Notes: generated by a model from the letters alone, not told the origin. Shown: positions 18,339 to 27,080, numbered from the stretch's first letter. The stretch is DNA of 32,000 nucleotides from Collibacillus ludicampi (GCF_023705585.1 NZ_BOQE01000001.1:337642-369641); one strand, 5' to 3'. Program-made: numbers and translations.

Positions 18339-18517
18339 CTTGAAAAATATGTAGTTTGGCGGCGTATGCTTTGCGTTCGTGCTCCGTGGAGGTCGTCTCG
18401 CTGGGAATATGTTTAGTCGTTGCGAGACGACCTCCAAAGTCGCTGTCTCACGCAAAGCATTACGCCCACCCAAAGTCACTTTTCATCCTCTGATGGTGCC
18501 GCTTGCGACATGGGGTA
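18339..18517. repeat. Palindromic repeat, copy D (the cleanest single unit), filling the dapF to downstream-gene spacer
   Basis: CTTGAAAAAT..GGCGGCGTATGCTTTGCG-TTCGTGCTCCGT-GGAGGTCGTCTCGC-loop-GCGAGACGACCTCC-AAAGTCGCTGTCTCA-CGCAAAGCATTACGCCCACCC..ACTTTTCATCCTCTGATGGTGCCGCTTGCGACATGG. It starts right after the dapF stop and ends 20 nt before the next start codon. Confidence 0.9.
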
Positions 18518-19363
18518 CTACTTATAAAATATTCCGTCACAAACGAATGTGGCAGGACCCGTCATATACACTTTTCCGTTTTCTTCGCTCCATTCGATCT
18601 CAAGATCGCCACCGAGTAAATGAACGAGAACTTTGCGGTTCAATTTCCCATTGAGGATGCCTGCGACGACCGCCGCGCAAGCACCTGTCCCGCAAGCTTG
18701 TGTGACGCCGGAACCTCTTTCCCATACGCGGAAGATGATTTCATCGCGCGAGACCACTTGAATAAACTCCACATTGACCCGTTCGGGAAACAAGGGGTGA
18801 TGTTCCAATTTTGGCCCCAAGTTTGTTACGTCGATTGTTTCCACGTCATCAACAAAGATGACCGCATGGGGATTGCCCATGGACACACAGGTAATCCGAT
18901 ACGTATTTCCATCGACTTCAACCGGTTCCATGATCATCTCCGATTCCGGATCCCCTACAACGGGGATGTCTTTCTTACGTAAGCGGGGCTTTCCCATATC
19001 GACTGTGATCGATTCCACCCGATTCTCACCGTTTAGATGCAACCTCGCCTCAACGATTCCCCCCAGGGTCTCGATCGAGAATATTTTTTTATCGGTAAGC
19101 CCTCTCTCATACACAAATTTCGCCACACAGCGCAAGCCGTTTCCACAGTTCTTTCCTTCCGACCCATCCTGGTTAAAGATGCGCATTTTAAAATCGGCCT
19201 GTTCGGAGGGAGCGATTAAGATCATGCCATCAGAACCGATGCCCGTATTCACATCACTTACACGGATCGCTACATCCGCCAATTCCTCTTCCCGTAAAGT
19301 TTCTTCAAATAAATTGACATAAATATAATTGTTCCCCAACCCGTGCATTTTTGTAAATTTCAC
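18518..19363 (-). CDS. dapF: Diaminopimelate epimerase
   Basis: [15 protein letters not shown] and the two catalytic-Cys contexts ([14 protein letters not shown]). A GTG at 19363 behind GGTGGGGGGG is the likely start, with the ATG at 19384 as the alternative. Confidence 0.9.
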   Translation of the reverse strand: MKFTKMHGLGNNYIYVNLFEETLREEELADVAIRVSDVNTGIGSDGMILIAPSEQADFKMRIFNQDGSEGKNCGNGLRCVAKFVYERGLTDKKIFSIETLGGIVEARLHLNGENRVESITVDMGKPRLRKKDIPVVGDPESEMIMEPVEVDGNTYRITCVSMGNPHAVIFVDDVETIDVTNLGPKLEHHPLFPERVNVEFIQVVSRDEIIFRVWERGSGVTQACGTGACAAVVAGILNGKLNRKVLVHLLGGDLEIEWSEENGKVYMTGPATFVCDGIFYK

Positions 19364-19394
19364 AAATACCCCCCCACCACTCATGCTAGGCAGG

Positions 19395-20021
19395 TTATGC
19401 TACCATCGCTTTTTCAAAAGATGTTCGCGGTTGTAAGTTTTCCGGCAGAATCAAGAGACCCGGGGTCTCCGAGATCCCCAATTCTTTCGCGGAACATAAC
19501 ATCCCTTTTGAAACGACGCCGCGGAGTTTGGCTTCTTTGATTTCCATTCCGTTTGGCAAAATCGCTCCGATCAACGCGGTAGGAACCTTGATTCCTTCCG
19601 CCACATTGGAAGCACCGCAGACGATTTGTAACTCTTCCCCATTTCCGATTGATACCCGACAAACTTTTAGCTTGTCCGCATCGGGATGTTTCTTCACTTC
19701 AATCACTTCCCCCACCACGACATGCAGATAGGGATCGTATTCGATCGTCAGATCCACTCCGTTCTTATGTAACGCCCGTTCGATTTCTCCGACTTGTTCC
19801 CCATTCGCCTGTACCAAGCCATTCGTTTTTGGCCAGGAAAAATAGTCAGATGCCGAAAAAATGTTCAGGCCAACCACTTCACCCGATTCTTTGCAACGGA
19901 TCAGGGCAACATCACCCTTGCGTTCATAGACAGTCTCTCCCCTAGAGGAGTTCAGTTCAACGAGCAGAACGTCCCCGATACCTTCCGGATTATAGCAAAT
20001 ACGTACACGATTGGTCTTCAA
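19395..20021 (-). CDS. ytpR: YtpR-like protein with a C-terminal tRNA-binding (OB-fold) domain
   Basis: [15 protein letters not shown]...QIVCGASNV is a tRNA_bind-type motif. The start is uncertain: TTG at 20021 lies 10 nt after GGAAGGAG, the ATG at 20051 is an alternative, and the ORF track extends to 20093. Confidence 0.7.
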   Translation of the reverse strand: MKTNRVRICYNPEGIGDVLLVELNSSRGETVYERKGDVALIRCKESGEVVGLNIFSASDYFSWPKTNGLVQANGEQVGEIERALHKNGVDLTIEYDPYLHVVVGEVIEVKKHPDADKLKVCRVSIGNGEELQIVCGASNVAEGIKVPTALIGAILPNGMEIKEAKLRGVVSKGMLCSAKELGISETPGLLILPENLQPRTSFEKAMVA

Positions 20022-20093
20022 CGTTGAAACACTCCTTCCATATCTATTCATTATATCTCGTTTCTCATGAAGCCGCACCCGATTTATCATCAA

Positions 20094-20125
20094 TGAAAAG
20101 GAAAAACTCCCGAGTCGATCGGGAG
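20094..20125 (-). terminator. Rho-independent terminator after the ArsC-family gene
   Basis: CTCCCGA-TCGAC-TCGGGAG followed by TTTTTCCTTTTC on the minus strand. Confidence 0.7.
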
Positions 20126-20161
20126 GTCATTCGGCGATATATTTGAAGTACGGGAATCTGC

Positions 20162-20521
20162 TTATGAAAGAACTTTGTCCACTTCTTCAGGCTTGAATCC
20201 CACGGTGACCTTATCGCCCGATTGGATGATCGGTCTCTTCACCAACATGCCGTCAGATGCCAAAAGTTCGAGCATTTCTTCTTCCGTCATCGTTTTTAAC
20301 TTGTCTTTCAAACCGAGTTCTCTGTACTTTTGACCACTCGTATTAAAAAATTTGCGTATATCCAATCCGCTTTTCTCGATAAAAGAACGCAACTCCTCTT
20401 TCGTCGGCGGATTTTCTACGATATTTCTCTCCGTATATGAGACATCTTTGCTTTCAAGATACTGTTTCGCTTTCCGACAGGTGCCGCACTTCGGGTATTG
20501 TAGAAAGAGAACTTCACTCAT
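20162..20521 (-). CDS. ArsC/Spx-family thioredoxin-fold protein (YusI/YffB-like)
   Basis: N-terminal YPKCGTCRKA motif in a protein of about 119 aa. GGAGGGA lies 5 nt before the ATG at 20521. Confidence 0.8.
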   Translation of the reverse strand: MSEVLFLQYPKCGTCRKAKQYLESKDVSYTERNIVENPPTKEELRSFIEKSGLDIRKFFNTSGQKYRELGLKDKLKTMTEEEMLELLASDGMLVKRPIIQSGDKVTVGFKPEEVDKVLS

Positions 20522-20590
20522 TGTTGTCCCTCCAATCACAGCTTCATCGAAGCAAACATATCAGAAATTGAATGCTGATCATTCCAGTTT

Positions 20591-21769
20591 CTACGCTTTC
20601 AGTTCTTTCACCGCTTTTTCCAGACGCAACATGGCCTCTTCGAGAGTTTTTCGCGAACATGCGAAATTGATGCGTTGAAATCCTTCTCCTTGAGCGCCGA
20701 ACATCATTCCGTCATTCAATCCCAATTTCGCTTTCCGTATGATAAATTCCTTTAATTCTTCCCCTCGAAGCCCTAATTCACGAAAGTCCATCCAACCCAA
20801 GTAGGTTCCCTCCGGAACCTGCATTTTGACTTGAGGAATCCTTTCTCGCAAAAAATTGCTGATATACTCGGCGTTTCCTTTCAAATACAGCAACAGTTCT
20901 TCCAGCCAGTCCTCGCCTTCATTATAAGCGGCAATCAAAGCTTCGATTCCGAACAAATTGATATCTTCCATGCTGGCTTTATGTATCGCCATTTTCAATT
21001 CACGCAAAATCTTTGGATTTTCAGTAAAGGCAATCGAGGTGAATAACCCCGCCAAATTAAATGTCTTACTCACGGAGATAAATGTGATACAATGATTCGA
21101 AATCTCCGGAGAGAGAGAGAAGAGTGGAATATGTTTCCCTTTCTCATACACTAAATCCGAATGTATCTCATCGGAGATGATGATGATATCGTTTTTCATA
21201 CAGATATCGGCCAATTCCAACAACTCATCTCTTTCCCATACTCGTCCCACGGGATTATGAGGGCTGCACAAAATCAGCATCCGTGTTCTTTCATCGATTT
21301 TCTCCCTCAAATCTGCGAAATCCATATAATATCGGCCGTCTTTTTCCATCAACGGATTCTCGACAATTTGACGCCCACGGTTTCGTATCGCACGGAAGAA
21401 CGGATGATAGACTGGCGGTTGTACAACGACTTTGTCCCCCGGATTCGTAAAAGCTTCAATAGCAATATGTATGCCAGGAACAACTCCGGGAACCGTAGCC
21501 ATCCATTCCGGTTGGACATCAACACCAAATCTACGTTTGAGCCAATGGACAGCAGCAGCGTAAAACTCACGCGGCTTACCCGGATACCCGTATATCGGAT
21601 GCTGCGCCCGTTTGATGATCGCTTCCACAACGCATGGCGGACACGGAAAATCCATATCGGCCACCCATAAGGGGAGTACATCTTCCGTACCAAAAATCTT
21701 CTCGCGATAATCCCACTTACTCGAGTTTGTTCCTATACGATCTATCACTTCATCGAAGTTATATTTCAT
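20591..21769 (-). CDS. patB: PatB/MalY-type cystathionine beta-lyase (class I/II aminotransferase fold C-S lyase)
   Basis: MKYNFDEVIDRIGTNSSKWDY is a typical PatB/MalY N-terminus, and SVSKTFNLAGL carries the PLP lysine. GGAGGAAGAAT precedes the ATG at 21769, so the 21937 start of the ORF track is rejected. Confidence 0.85.
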   Translation of the reverse strand: MKYNFDEVIDRIGTNSSKWDYREKIFGTEDVLPLWVADMDFPCPPCVVEAIIKRAQHPIYGYPGKPREFYAAAVHWLKRRFGVDVQPEWMATVPGVVPGIHIAIEAFTNPGDKVVVQPPVYHPFFRAIRNRGRQIVENPLMEKDGRYYMDFADLREKIDERTRMLILCSPHNPVGRVWERDELLELADICMKNDIIIISDEIHSDLVYEKGKHIPLFSLSPEISNHCITFISVSKTFNLAGLFTSIAFTENPKILRELKMAIHKASMEDINLFGIEALIAAYNEGEDWLEELLLYLKGNAEYISNFLRERIPQVKMQVPEGTYLGWMDFRELGLRGEELKEFIIRKAKLGLNDGMMFGAQGEGFQRINFACSRKTLEEAMLRLEKAVKELKA

Positions 21770-22158
21770 GATTCTTCCTCCTTTTGCTAACCTATATTCC
21801 TTTCGAGGAGACTGATTCATGAGTCCGAATACTAACAAAATCACATGTATATTTGTTCCATAATTTATGATTTTACTACAAATCATCAACGAGAACAAAA
21901 CAATACTCTCCCGTGTCAAATCATATCTTTCATCCAATATCGTTCTATCTACTCACCCATGGTAATATCTTTCCGGAATGAATCCGGACACGCGACCCAA
22001 ATGGGAATCAGACCGGATACTCCTTTCGTTGTCGGGGCCAGTGATGGAGTTCTTCGCGATCTGGTCGGATCGGTCGACGATCCGTTCACATAAAATCCCG
22101 GATGATCCGGGGTTTTCGTATCATGAAATCGTTGTATCCCCACTTTCCCTGAGAGCTC

Positions 22159-22187
22159 TTGACGAAGAATCAAAGAGGGAATAAAAT
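22159..22187 (+). promoter_or_regulatory. Candidate sigma-A promoter TTGACG - 17 nt - TAAAAT for the iron permease gene
   Basis: The hexamers were read at 22159-22164 and 22182-22187. Confidence 0.55.
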
Positions 22188-22197
22188 ACCATTGTAA

Positions 22198-22212
22198 TGA
22201 AAATGATTCTCA
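22198..22212 (+). promoter_or_regulatory. Candidate Fur box
   Basis: TGAAAATGATTCTCA differs at 2 positions from the 7-1-7 consensus TGATAATNATTATCA. It lies just downstream of the -10 box and 25 nt before the start codon of an iron permease. Confidence 0.55.
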
Positions 22213-22236
22213 TTATTAATAAAGGGGATGAAATCT

Positions 22237-23202
22237 ATGTTACGCACATTTCTTAATGCCAAATCAATTCTCGTATGTATAGCAGCATTTCTGGTAGTAG
22301 GTGTCTTCGTCTGGCAGGGCGTTACCGCTCATGGAGCCCCTGATCCCACCGATCAAAACCTGAGTCCAACGGCTGCTATCATAGACACGGGTATTCTTGT
22401 TTTTCGTGAGGGACTTGAGGCCATTTTGGTGTTATCTGCAATTATAGCGAGTCTCGTACGTGCCAAAAGCGATTATTGGAAGCCGATTTCTCTTGGTGCA
22501 GGATTGTCTTTCTTGGCAACACTAGTCACCTGGTTTGTGGTTGTAGGGATCATCAACTTAGTCGGCAGCACCACATCAGAACTCAATATTCAGGCAGCAA
22601 CCGGCCTCCTGGCGAACGTGGTACTGCTTGTGATCATGAACTGGTTCTTTCACAAGATCTACTGGACGGGTTGGATCACCCATCATAACCAAAGGAAGCG
22701 CGAGATCATCGAATCATCGGGTAACGACCAATCGATTACATACAAGGGACTCATTATTCTAGGACTGACATCCATGTACCGTGAAGGGTTCGAAGTTGTA
22801 CTTTTCCTACAGACGATACGGTTGCAGGTCGGCACTCATGCGGTTCTCCTTGGGTCAGCGATTGGTCTGGGCTTAACGATGCTCGTTGCCGTGCTTACCT
22901 TCTTCGCGCATCAACGCCTCCCTTACAAGAAAATGCTCGTAATCACTGGCATCATGCTGGGAGTTGTCCTCTTTGTCATGACTGGAGAGACCGTTCAGGA
23001 GATGCAGCAAGCCGGGTGGATTTCGACAACTCAGATCGACTTAGATATCCCCGATTGGATGGGCTTGTGGTTCTCGGTAATCCCCACTGTTGAAACTCTC
23101 GCGTCACAAGTTTTTGCAGTCATTGTTGTCATCGGCTCGTATTTAGCCTACCAATACTTACATGTGTGGCAACCACGTAAACAAGAAAAATTGTCAAACT
23201 GA
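22237..23202 (+). CDS. FTR1/EfeU-family high-affinity iron permease
   Basis: Two REGxE motifs sit in TM helices (FREGLEAILV, YREGFEVVLF). AAAGGGGA lies 8 nt before the ATG at 22237. Confidence 0.85.
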   Translation: MLRTFLNAKSILVCIAAFLVVGVFVWQGVTAHGAPDPTDQNLSPTAAIIDTGILVFREGLEAILVLSAIIASLVRAKSDYWKPISLGAGLSFLATLVTWFVVVGIINLVGSTTSELNIQAATGLLANVVLLVIMNWFFHKIYWTGWITHHNQRKREIIESSGNDQSITYKGLIILGLTSMYREGFEVVLFLQTIRLQVGTHAVLLGSAIGLGLTMLVAVLTFFAHQRLPYKKMLVITGIMLGVVLFVMTGETVQEMQQAGWISTTQIDLDIPDWMGLWFSVIPTVETLASQVFAVIVVIGSYLAYQYLHVWQPRKQEKLSN

Positions 23203-23230
23203 ATCTTCTAGATTCTCCTGTACACATAGC

Positions 23231-23253
23231 TGCATCCGGAATTCCCGGATGCA
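23231..23253 (+). terminator. Stem-loop after the permease gene (weak terminator candidate)
   Basis: TGCATCCGG-AATTC-CCGGATGCA is followed by TTCATTGTATTT, an interrupted U-tract. Confidence 0.4.
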
Positions 23254-23469
23254 TTCATTGTATTTCTGCACAAGAAAATTTTTCATGTTCTGATTGCCGC
23301 TTGAGCATCATGGGGTAACCATTCGGTTGAATCGTGACTGTTGAACGGTCACCAGTTCAAAATATGTTGAATGCGAGAACTCAATGTTAGGTTTTAGACG
23401 TTAAATCGAGAGTTAGTTGTAAAATTTTTCGAGTTGCATCGCGCTTATACTATGGTACAGTAAGAAAAG

Positions 23470-23590
23470 AATAGCCGAATCTTCAAATGTGAAGAACGGG
23501 GGACTTTTTTTAGGGGTGAATCTTAAAACTTCGAGTTTTAAGTAGGGTGACTCCTTGACCCGAACCCGTCAACTAACCTCGTAGGCAATT
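23470..23590 (+). promoter_or_regulatory. c-di-AMP riboswitch (ydaO-yuaA class)
   Basis: AGCCGAATC...ACGGGGGAC...GGGGTGAATC...GACCCGAACCCGTCAACTAACCTCGTAGGC. It aligns block for block with the copy at 16081-16192 and sits directly upstream of the RBS of the second LysM/3D gene. Confidence 0.75.
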
Positions 23591-23613
23591 GATAAAGGAG
23601 AGTTGTACTAGGA

Positions 23614-24249
23614 ATGAAGAAAGTGAAAACAATGTTGTTGTCAACTGTATTGGGACTTTCCATGGCTGGAATTTCTTCCCAAGCCTTCGCAGCCGCACCA
23701 ATGAATTTGCAAACCGGACAAGAAAGTTGGACGTATTCCATCAAAAAAGGAGATACGCTCTGGAAACTCTCTAGAAAATTCCATGTCCCGCTTGCAAATT
23801 TATTGTCCACCAATCCCGGCGTTCGTCCGCGGAATCTGCAAATTGGCGAAAAGATACGAATTCCTTCTCGCACTTCCAAAAAGAATAGTTCCACAAACTC
23901 TCGCGTGGAATCAACTTCTCGGCAAACACTTCCGCATAAAAAGGAATTGTCCATGGTAGCGACCGCTTATACGGCTGCCCCTGGCGAAAACGGAGGATAT
24001 GCAGGTATTGATTACATGGGAAATCCTCTTCATGTAGGAACCGTTGCCGTAGACCCTTCCGTGATCCCGCTTGGATCTACCCTTTATATCACAGGGTACG
24101 ATTTCCCGGGGCTTCCTAAAGGGGGAATGATTGCACATGCAACAGATATCGGCGTGCACGGAAATCGCATCGATATTTTTGTTCCAACGTCCCCGCAACA
24201 AGCAACAAAATTTGGAATGCAAAACATTAAGGTTTATGTATTAAAATAA
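23614..24249 (+). CDS. Secreted cell-wall protein with one LysM repeat and a 3D domain (YocH-like)
   Basis: A signal peptide (..SSQAFA-AAP) is followed by the LysM repeat YSIKKGDTLWKLS. The 3D-domain tail is ATAYTAAPGENGG...VAVDPSVIPLGSTLYITGY...ATDIGVHGNRIDIF. Confidence 0.85.
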   Translation: MKKVKTMLLSTVLGLSMAGISSQAFAAAPMNLQTGQESWTYSIKKGDTLWKLSRKFHVPLANLLSTNPGVRPRNLQIGEKIRIPSRTSKKNSSTNSRVESTSRQTLPHKKELSMVATAYTAAPGENGGYAGIDYMGNPLHVGTVAVDPSVIPLGSTLYITGYDFPGLPKGGMIAHATDIGVHGNRIDIFVPTSPQQATKFGMQNIKVYVLK

Positions 24250-24279
24250 GAAGGTCGTTGTACCTTCTTATTTTTTTTA
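24247..24279. terminator. Bidirectional rho-independent terminator between convergent genes
   Basis: TAAGAAGGT-CGTTGT-ACCTTCTTA is followed by TTTTTTTTT on the plus strand and preceded by an A-rich tract that serves the minus strand. Confidence 0.8.
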
Positions 24280-24286
24280 TCCCCAC

Positions 24287-25312
24287 TCAATCAACCCCAG
24301 CGCGTAGGAATCCGCACGACTCCCGAACAATCAGCTGGCAATCCATGATATGAACCGTACAGTGTTTCGAGTGTGGATTTTCGATCTTATTAAGAAGTAA
24401 TTCAGCGCTTTTCACACCCATATCATAGGTTTGCTGAACCACGGTCGTAAGCGGTGGCTCAAGAAGTTGCAGCCAAGGGGAATCATCGAATCCAATAACG
24501 GCTATATCGCTCGGTATATTCACCTTTTCTTCTTTGAGGACTTTTAGAGTTTCTATTGTGGTCAAATCATTAGTACAGAAGAGGGCCGTTGGCGGAACGG
24601 GCAAGTGTAACAGTTCCAAAATGATCTTTCTTGTATCCGAAATCTTATCAACAAATTTGATATATTGTTCTTGAATCTCGATGTGATGCTGGCTCAATGC
24701 TCGTAGATACCCTTCGTACCGTTCTTTTCTTTGTGATAATTTTTTGATGGCCGGTGAGAAGAGCGCAATCGATCGATGTCCCAGTTTGATGAAATGTGAG
24801 ATCGCATCAACAGAAGCCTTGACGTTGTTTGAAAATACTCCATCCGCTTCAATTCCATCTAATTTGCGATCAACCAGGACGAGTGGAAAGCCTCCCTCAA
24901 CCAGTTTTTTTAATAGGTCATTATTTTCATTCGTAGATGCAAGGATCAAACCGTCTACTTGCTTGGCAAGTAACATTTCGATATATTCACGTTCCTTAAC
25001 AGGATTGTCATCAGCATTACATACAATGACGTTGAAGCCGTGTTTATTGCAGTAATCTTCGATCCCTCTGCTTATCGCAGTTGAAAAATAGTGCAGAATA
25101 TTGGCTACTATAACTCCGATCGTATGGGTCTTCTTTACTTTTAGGCTTCTCGCTACAACATTTCGCTGATAGCCTGTTTCTTTGATCGCTTGTTCAATTC
25201 TTTGACGAGTTTCAATGCTCATATATTCATAACGTTTATTGAGGTACTGTGATACGGTGCTTTTCGATACTCCTGCCAGTTTTGCTACATCCTCCATCTT
25301 GACCCGCGCCAT
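24287..25312 (-). CDS. kdgR: LacI-family transcriptional regulator, KdgR-like by context
   Basis: N-terminal HTH VKMEDVAKLAGVSKSTVSQYLN plus a periplasmic-binding-fold body. It is the last gene of the kdgK-kdgA cluster. Confidence 0.8.
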   Translation of the reverse strand: MARVKMEDVAKLAGVSKSTVSQYLNKRYEYMSIETRQRIEQAIKETGYQRNVVARSLKVKKTHTIGVIVANILHYFSTAISRGIEDYCNKHGFNVIVCNADDNPVKEREYIEMLLAKQVDGLILASTNENNDLLKKLVEGGFPLVLVDRKLDGIEADGVFSNNVKASVDAISHFIKLGHRSIALFSPAIKKLSQRKERYEGYLRALSQHHIEIQEQYIKFVDKISDTRKIILELLHLPVPPTALFCTNDLTTIETLKVLKEEKVNIPSDIAVIGFDDSPWLQLLEPPLTTVVQQTYDMGVKSAELLLNKIENPHSKHCTVHIMDCQLIVRESCGFLRAGVD

Positions 25313-25359
25313 ACGCCTCCCCTCCTATTCATCAAACATACATGATATTTCATCCTCTT

Positions 25360-26019
25360 TCATCTTTGTAATTGTGCCAATGCTTCTTGTGCCTTGCACT
25401 TGACTTGATCCGCTGTCCCTTTTGTAAGTGCTCCTCCCATCCCAACAGCCACAGCGCCGGCGGCAAACCAATCATTCATGTCGGCAATGGAAATTCCACC
25501 GGTCGGCATAAACGATACCTGGGGAAACGGTTCTCTCAATCCTCTGAGATAACCAGGCCCCAAGACGTTCGCAGGAAACAGTTTCATCAAACGGTGACCT
25601 TGTGCCAAGGCAGCCATAATATCTGTAGGAGTGAGCACTCCAGGAATATACGGAACATTTGCATCCTTGGCCGCCATATCGACATCGAACGAGTATCCGG
25701 GGCTCACCAAAAAACGTGCACCGGCTGTTATTGCCTCTTGAACCTGTTGCGCGGTTACCACTGTACCAGCACCAACATGACAACCTTTACGTTTTACTAA
25801 GTATTGAATGACATCCCCGGCATTCGGGACAGTAAATGTCACCTCTATGCACGTAATACCCGCTTCAATTAAAGCATCCGCTTTTTCAATCGCGTCCTCG
25901 GCTGTCTCTGCTCGAAGAACCGCAACCAACGGATGATCAGCGAGAGTAGATCTGAATGATTCAGTTTCTTCATGGTTCTCGGGATTATGATTCCGATTAT
26001 CTTTCTGATCGCACATCAT
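25360..26019 (-). CDS. kdgA: KDPG / 4-hydroxy-2-oxoglutarate aldolase (Eda/KdgA)
   Basis: VAVLRA...GITCIEVTF...GAGTV...FLVSPG...PGV.TP.E...KLFPA is the typical Eda pattern. The N-terminal extension of about 25 aa is unusual. AAAGGGGAA precedes the ATG. Confidence 0.8.
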   Translation of the reverse strand: MMCDQKDNRNHNPENHEETESFRSTLADHPLVAVLRAETAEDAIEKADALIEAGITCIEVTFTVPNAGDVIQYLVKRKGCHVGAGTVVTAQQVQEAITAGARFLVSPGYSFDVDMAAKDANVPYIPGVLTPTDIMAALAQGHRLMKLFPANVLGPGYLRGLREPFPQVSFMPTGGISIADMNDWFAAGAVAVGMGGALTKGTADQVKCKAQEALAQLQR

Positions 26020-26030
26020 TCGATTCCCCT

Positions 26031-26987
26031 TTATCTTGTATTTGTCCGTTGATCCTGCATAAATGATTCGAGTTCATCACGCGTCGGTAACCCATCCATA
26101 TCACCGGGAGACATCACTGCCAGTGCACCGATCGCATTGGCCCGTGATACAATCTCCGTCAACGATAAGCCATCCAAAATTCCACTGATTATACCTACAG
26201 CGAACCCGTCTCCAGCACCAACTGTATCGATCACCCGTTCTACACGATAACCGGGAACCATCTCCTCTTCCTTTTCAGTCCTATAGTAAGCCCCTTCCGA
26301 GCCCAATTTCACAACAACAAGCTTCACGCCCTGATCCAAATAGAAAGCCGCAATATCTCGCGGTTGAGTATATCCCGTAAGAATTTCACCTTCCGAAATT
26401 CCCGGCAATACAATGTCTGCTTGCATGGCAAACTCGTTAATGACTTGGATCATTTCTTTTTCACTGTTCCATAACTGTGGGCGAAGGTTGGGATCAAATG
26501 AAACGGTTCGTTGCATCGACTTCATCAAACATAGAACATTTTTGGAAAAATCCCTCGCCGTAGTTGATAGAGCCGGAGGAATTCCCGTCATATGCAAATG
26601 GGAAGCACGAGAAAAATAATCGGGCACAACGTCTTCCGACCCTAGCTTGCTCGCGGCAGACCCTTTCCGAAAATACTCGACTTGAGGATCCCCTGATTCT
26701 ACTTTGGACTTCAACAGAAAACCTGTGGGGTTGTAAGGATCCATCTGTACATGGGAGGTATCGACACCTTCAGCTTTCAACGTTTCGATGATAAACCTTC
26801 CAAACGAATCATTTCCAACCTTACTCACCCATCCGACTTTATATCCTAAACGAGATAAACCTACAGCAACATTTGTTTCGGCTCCCGCTAAACCGCGCGT
26901 AAAATGGGTAACCCGATCTAACTCGCCCGTCTGATCCGCAATGAACATCGCCATGGCTTCTCCAAATGTCAGTACATCGAATGACAT
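26031..26987 (-). CDS. kdgK: 2-dehydro-3-deoxygluconokinase (PfkB family)
   Basis: FGEAMAMF...GAETNVAVGLSRLG at the N-terminus and DTVGAGDGFAVG at the C-terminus are PfkB motifs. It is adjacent to kdgA. Confidence 0.85.
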   Translation of the reverse strand: MSFDVLTFGEAMAMFIADQTGELDRVTHFTRGLAGAETNVAVGLSRLGYKVGWVSKVGNDSFGRFIIETLKAEGVDTSHVQMDPYNPTGFLLKSKVESGDPQVEYFRKGSAASKLGSEDVVPDYFSRASHLHMTGIPPALSTTARDFSKNVLCLMKSMQRTVSFDPNLRPQLWNSEKEMIQVINEFAMQADIVLPGISEGEILTGYTQPRDIAAFYLDQGVKLVVVKLGSEGAYYRTEKEEEMVPGYRVERVIDTVGAGDGFAVGIISGILDGLSLTEIVSRANAIGALAVMSPGDMDGLPTRDELESFMQDQRTNTR

Positions 26988-27066
26988 CCTAAAAACACCT
27001 CCATATTGAAAATAATGGGCAAGGAAAAACTCTCACCGAGAAGGCCAAGTATCCAAAGTTCTTTGA

Positions 27067-27080
27067 ATAAACCGATTTAG
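27067..27080. promoter_or_regulatory. Second LacI-type operator-like half-palindrome in the kdgK leader
   Basis: ATAAACCGATTTAG is closely related to the perfect palindrome at 27129-27142. The two are 62 bp apart centre to centre. Confidence 0.4.

Noticed and set aside
20591-21937. Long N-terminal extensions in the ORF track (patB to 21937, bcp to 10911, sufA-like to 10190, ytpR-like to 20093, mtnX to 29287, LysM gene to 16079, yunC-like from 2716)
   Set aside because: In each case an internal start has a strong SD at proper spacing and gives the family-typical N-terminus. The extensions run through promoter or leader sequence.
21895-21965. GGGTGAGTAG ... TTGACACGGGAGAG on the minus strand resembling yybP-ykoY (Mn) riboswitch blocks
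   Set aside because: Only two short blocks match, the spacing is too short for the four-helix architecture, and the downstream gene (a C-S lyase) is not a Mn-related target.
22120-22175. TTCTTCGTCAAGAGCTCTCAGGGAAAGTGGGG (minus strand) resembling the 5' end of an S-box, glycine or cobalamin aptamer
   Set aside because: None of the downstream conserved blocks follow (GATGA/CCCGGCAACC/GGTGCTAA for the S-box, CACCGAAGG for glycine, the B12 box for cobalamin). The stretch also overlaps the plus-strand permease promoter.
23400-23445. WalR (YycF) operator upstream of the YocH-like gene
   Set aside because: A single TGTAAA hexamer is present (23418-23423), but the required second TGTWAH copy 5 nt away is absent.
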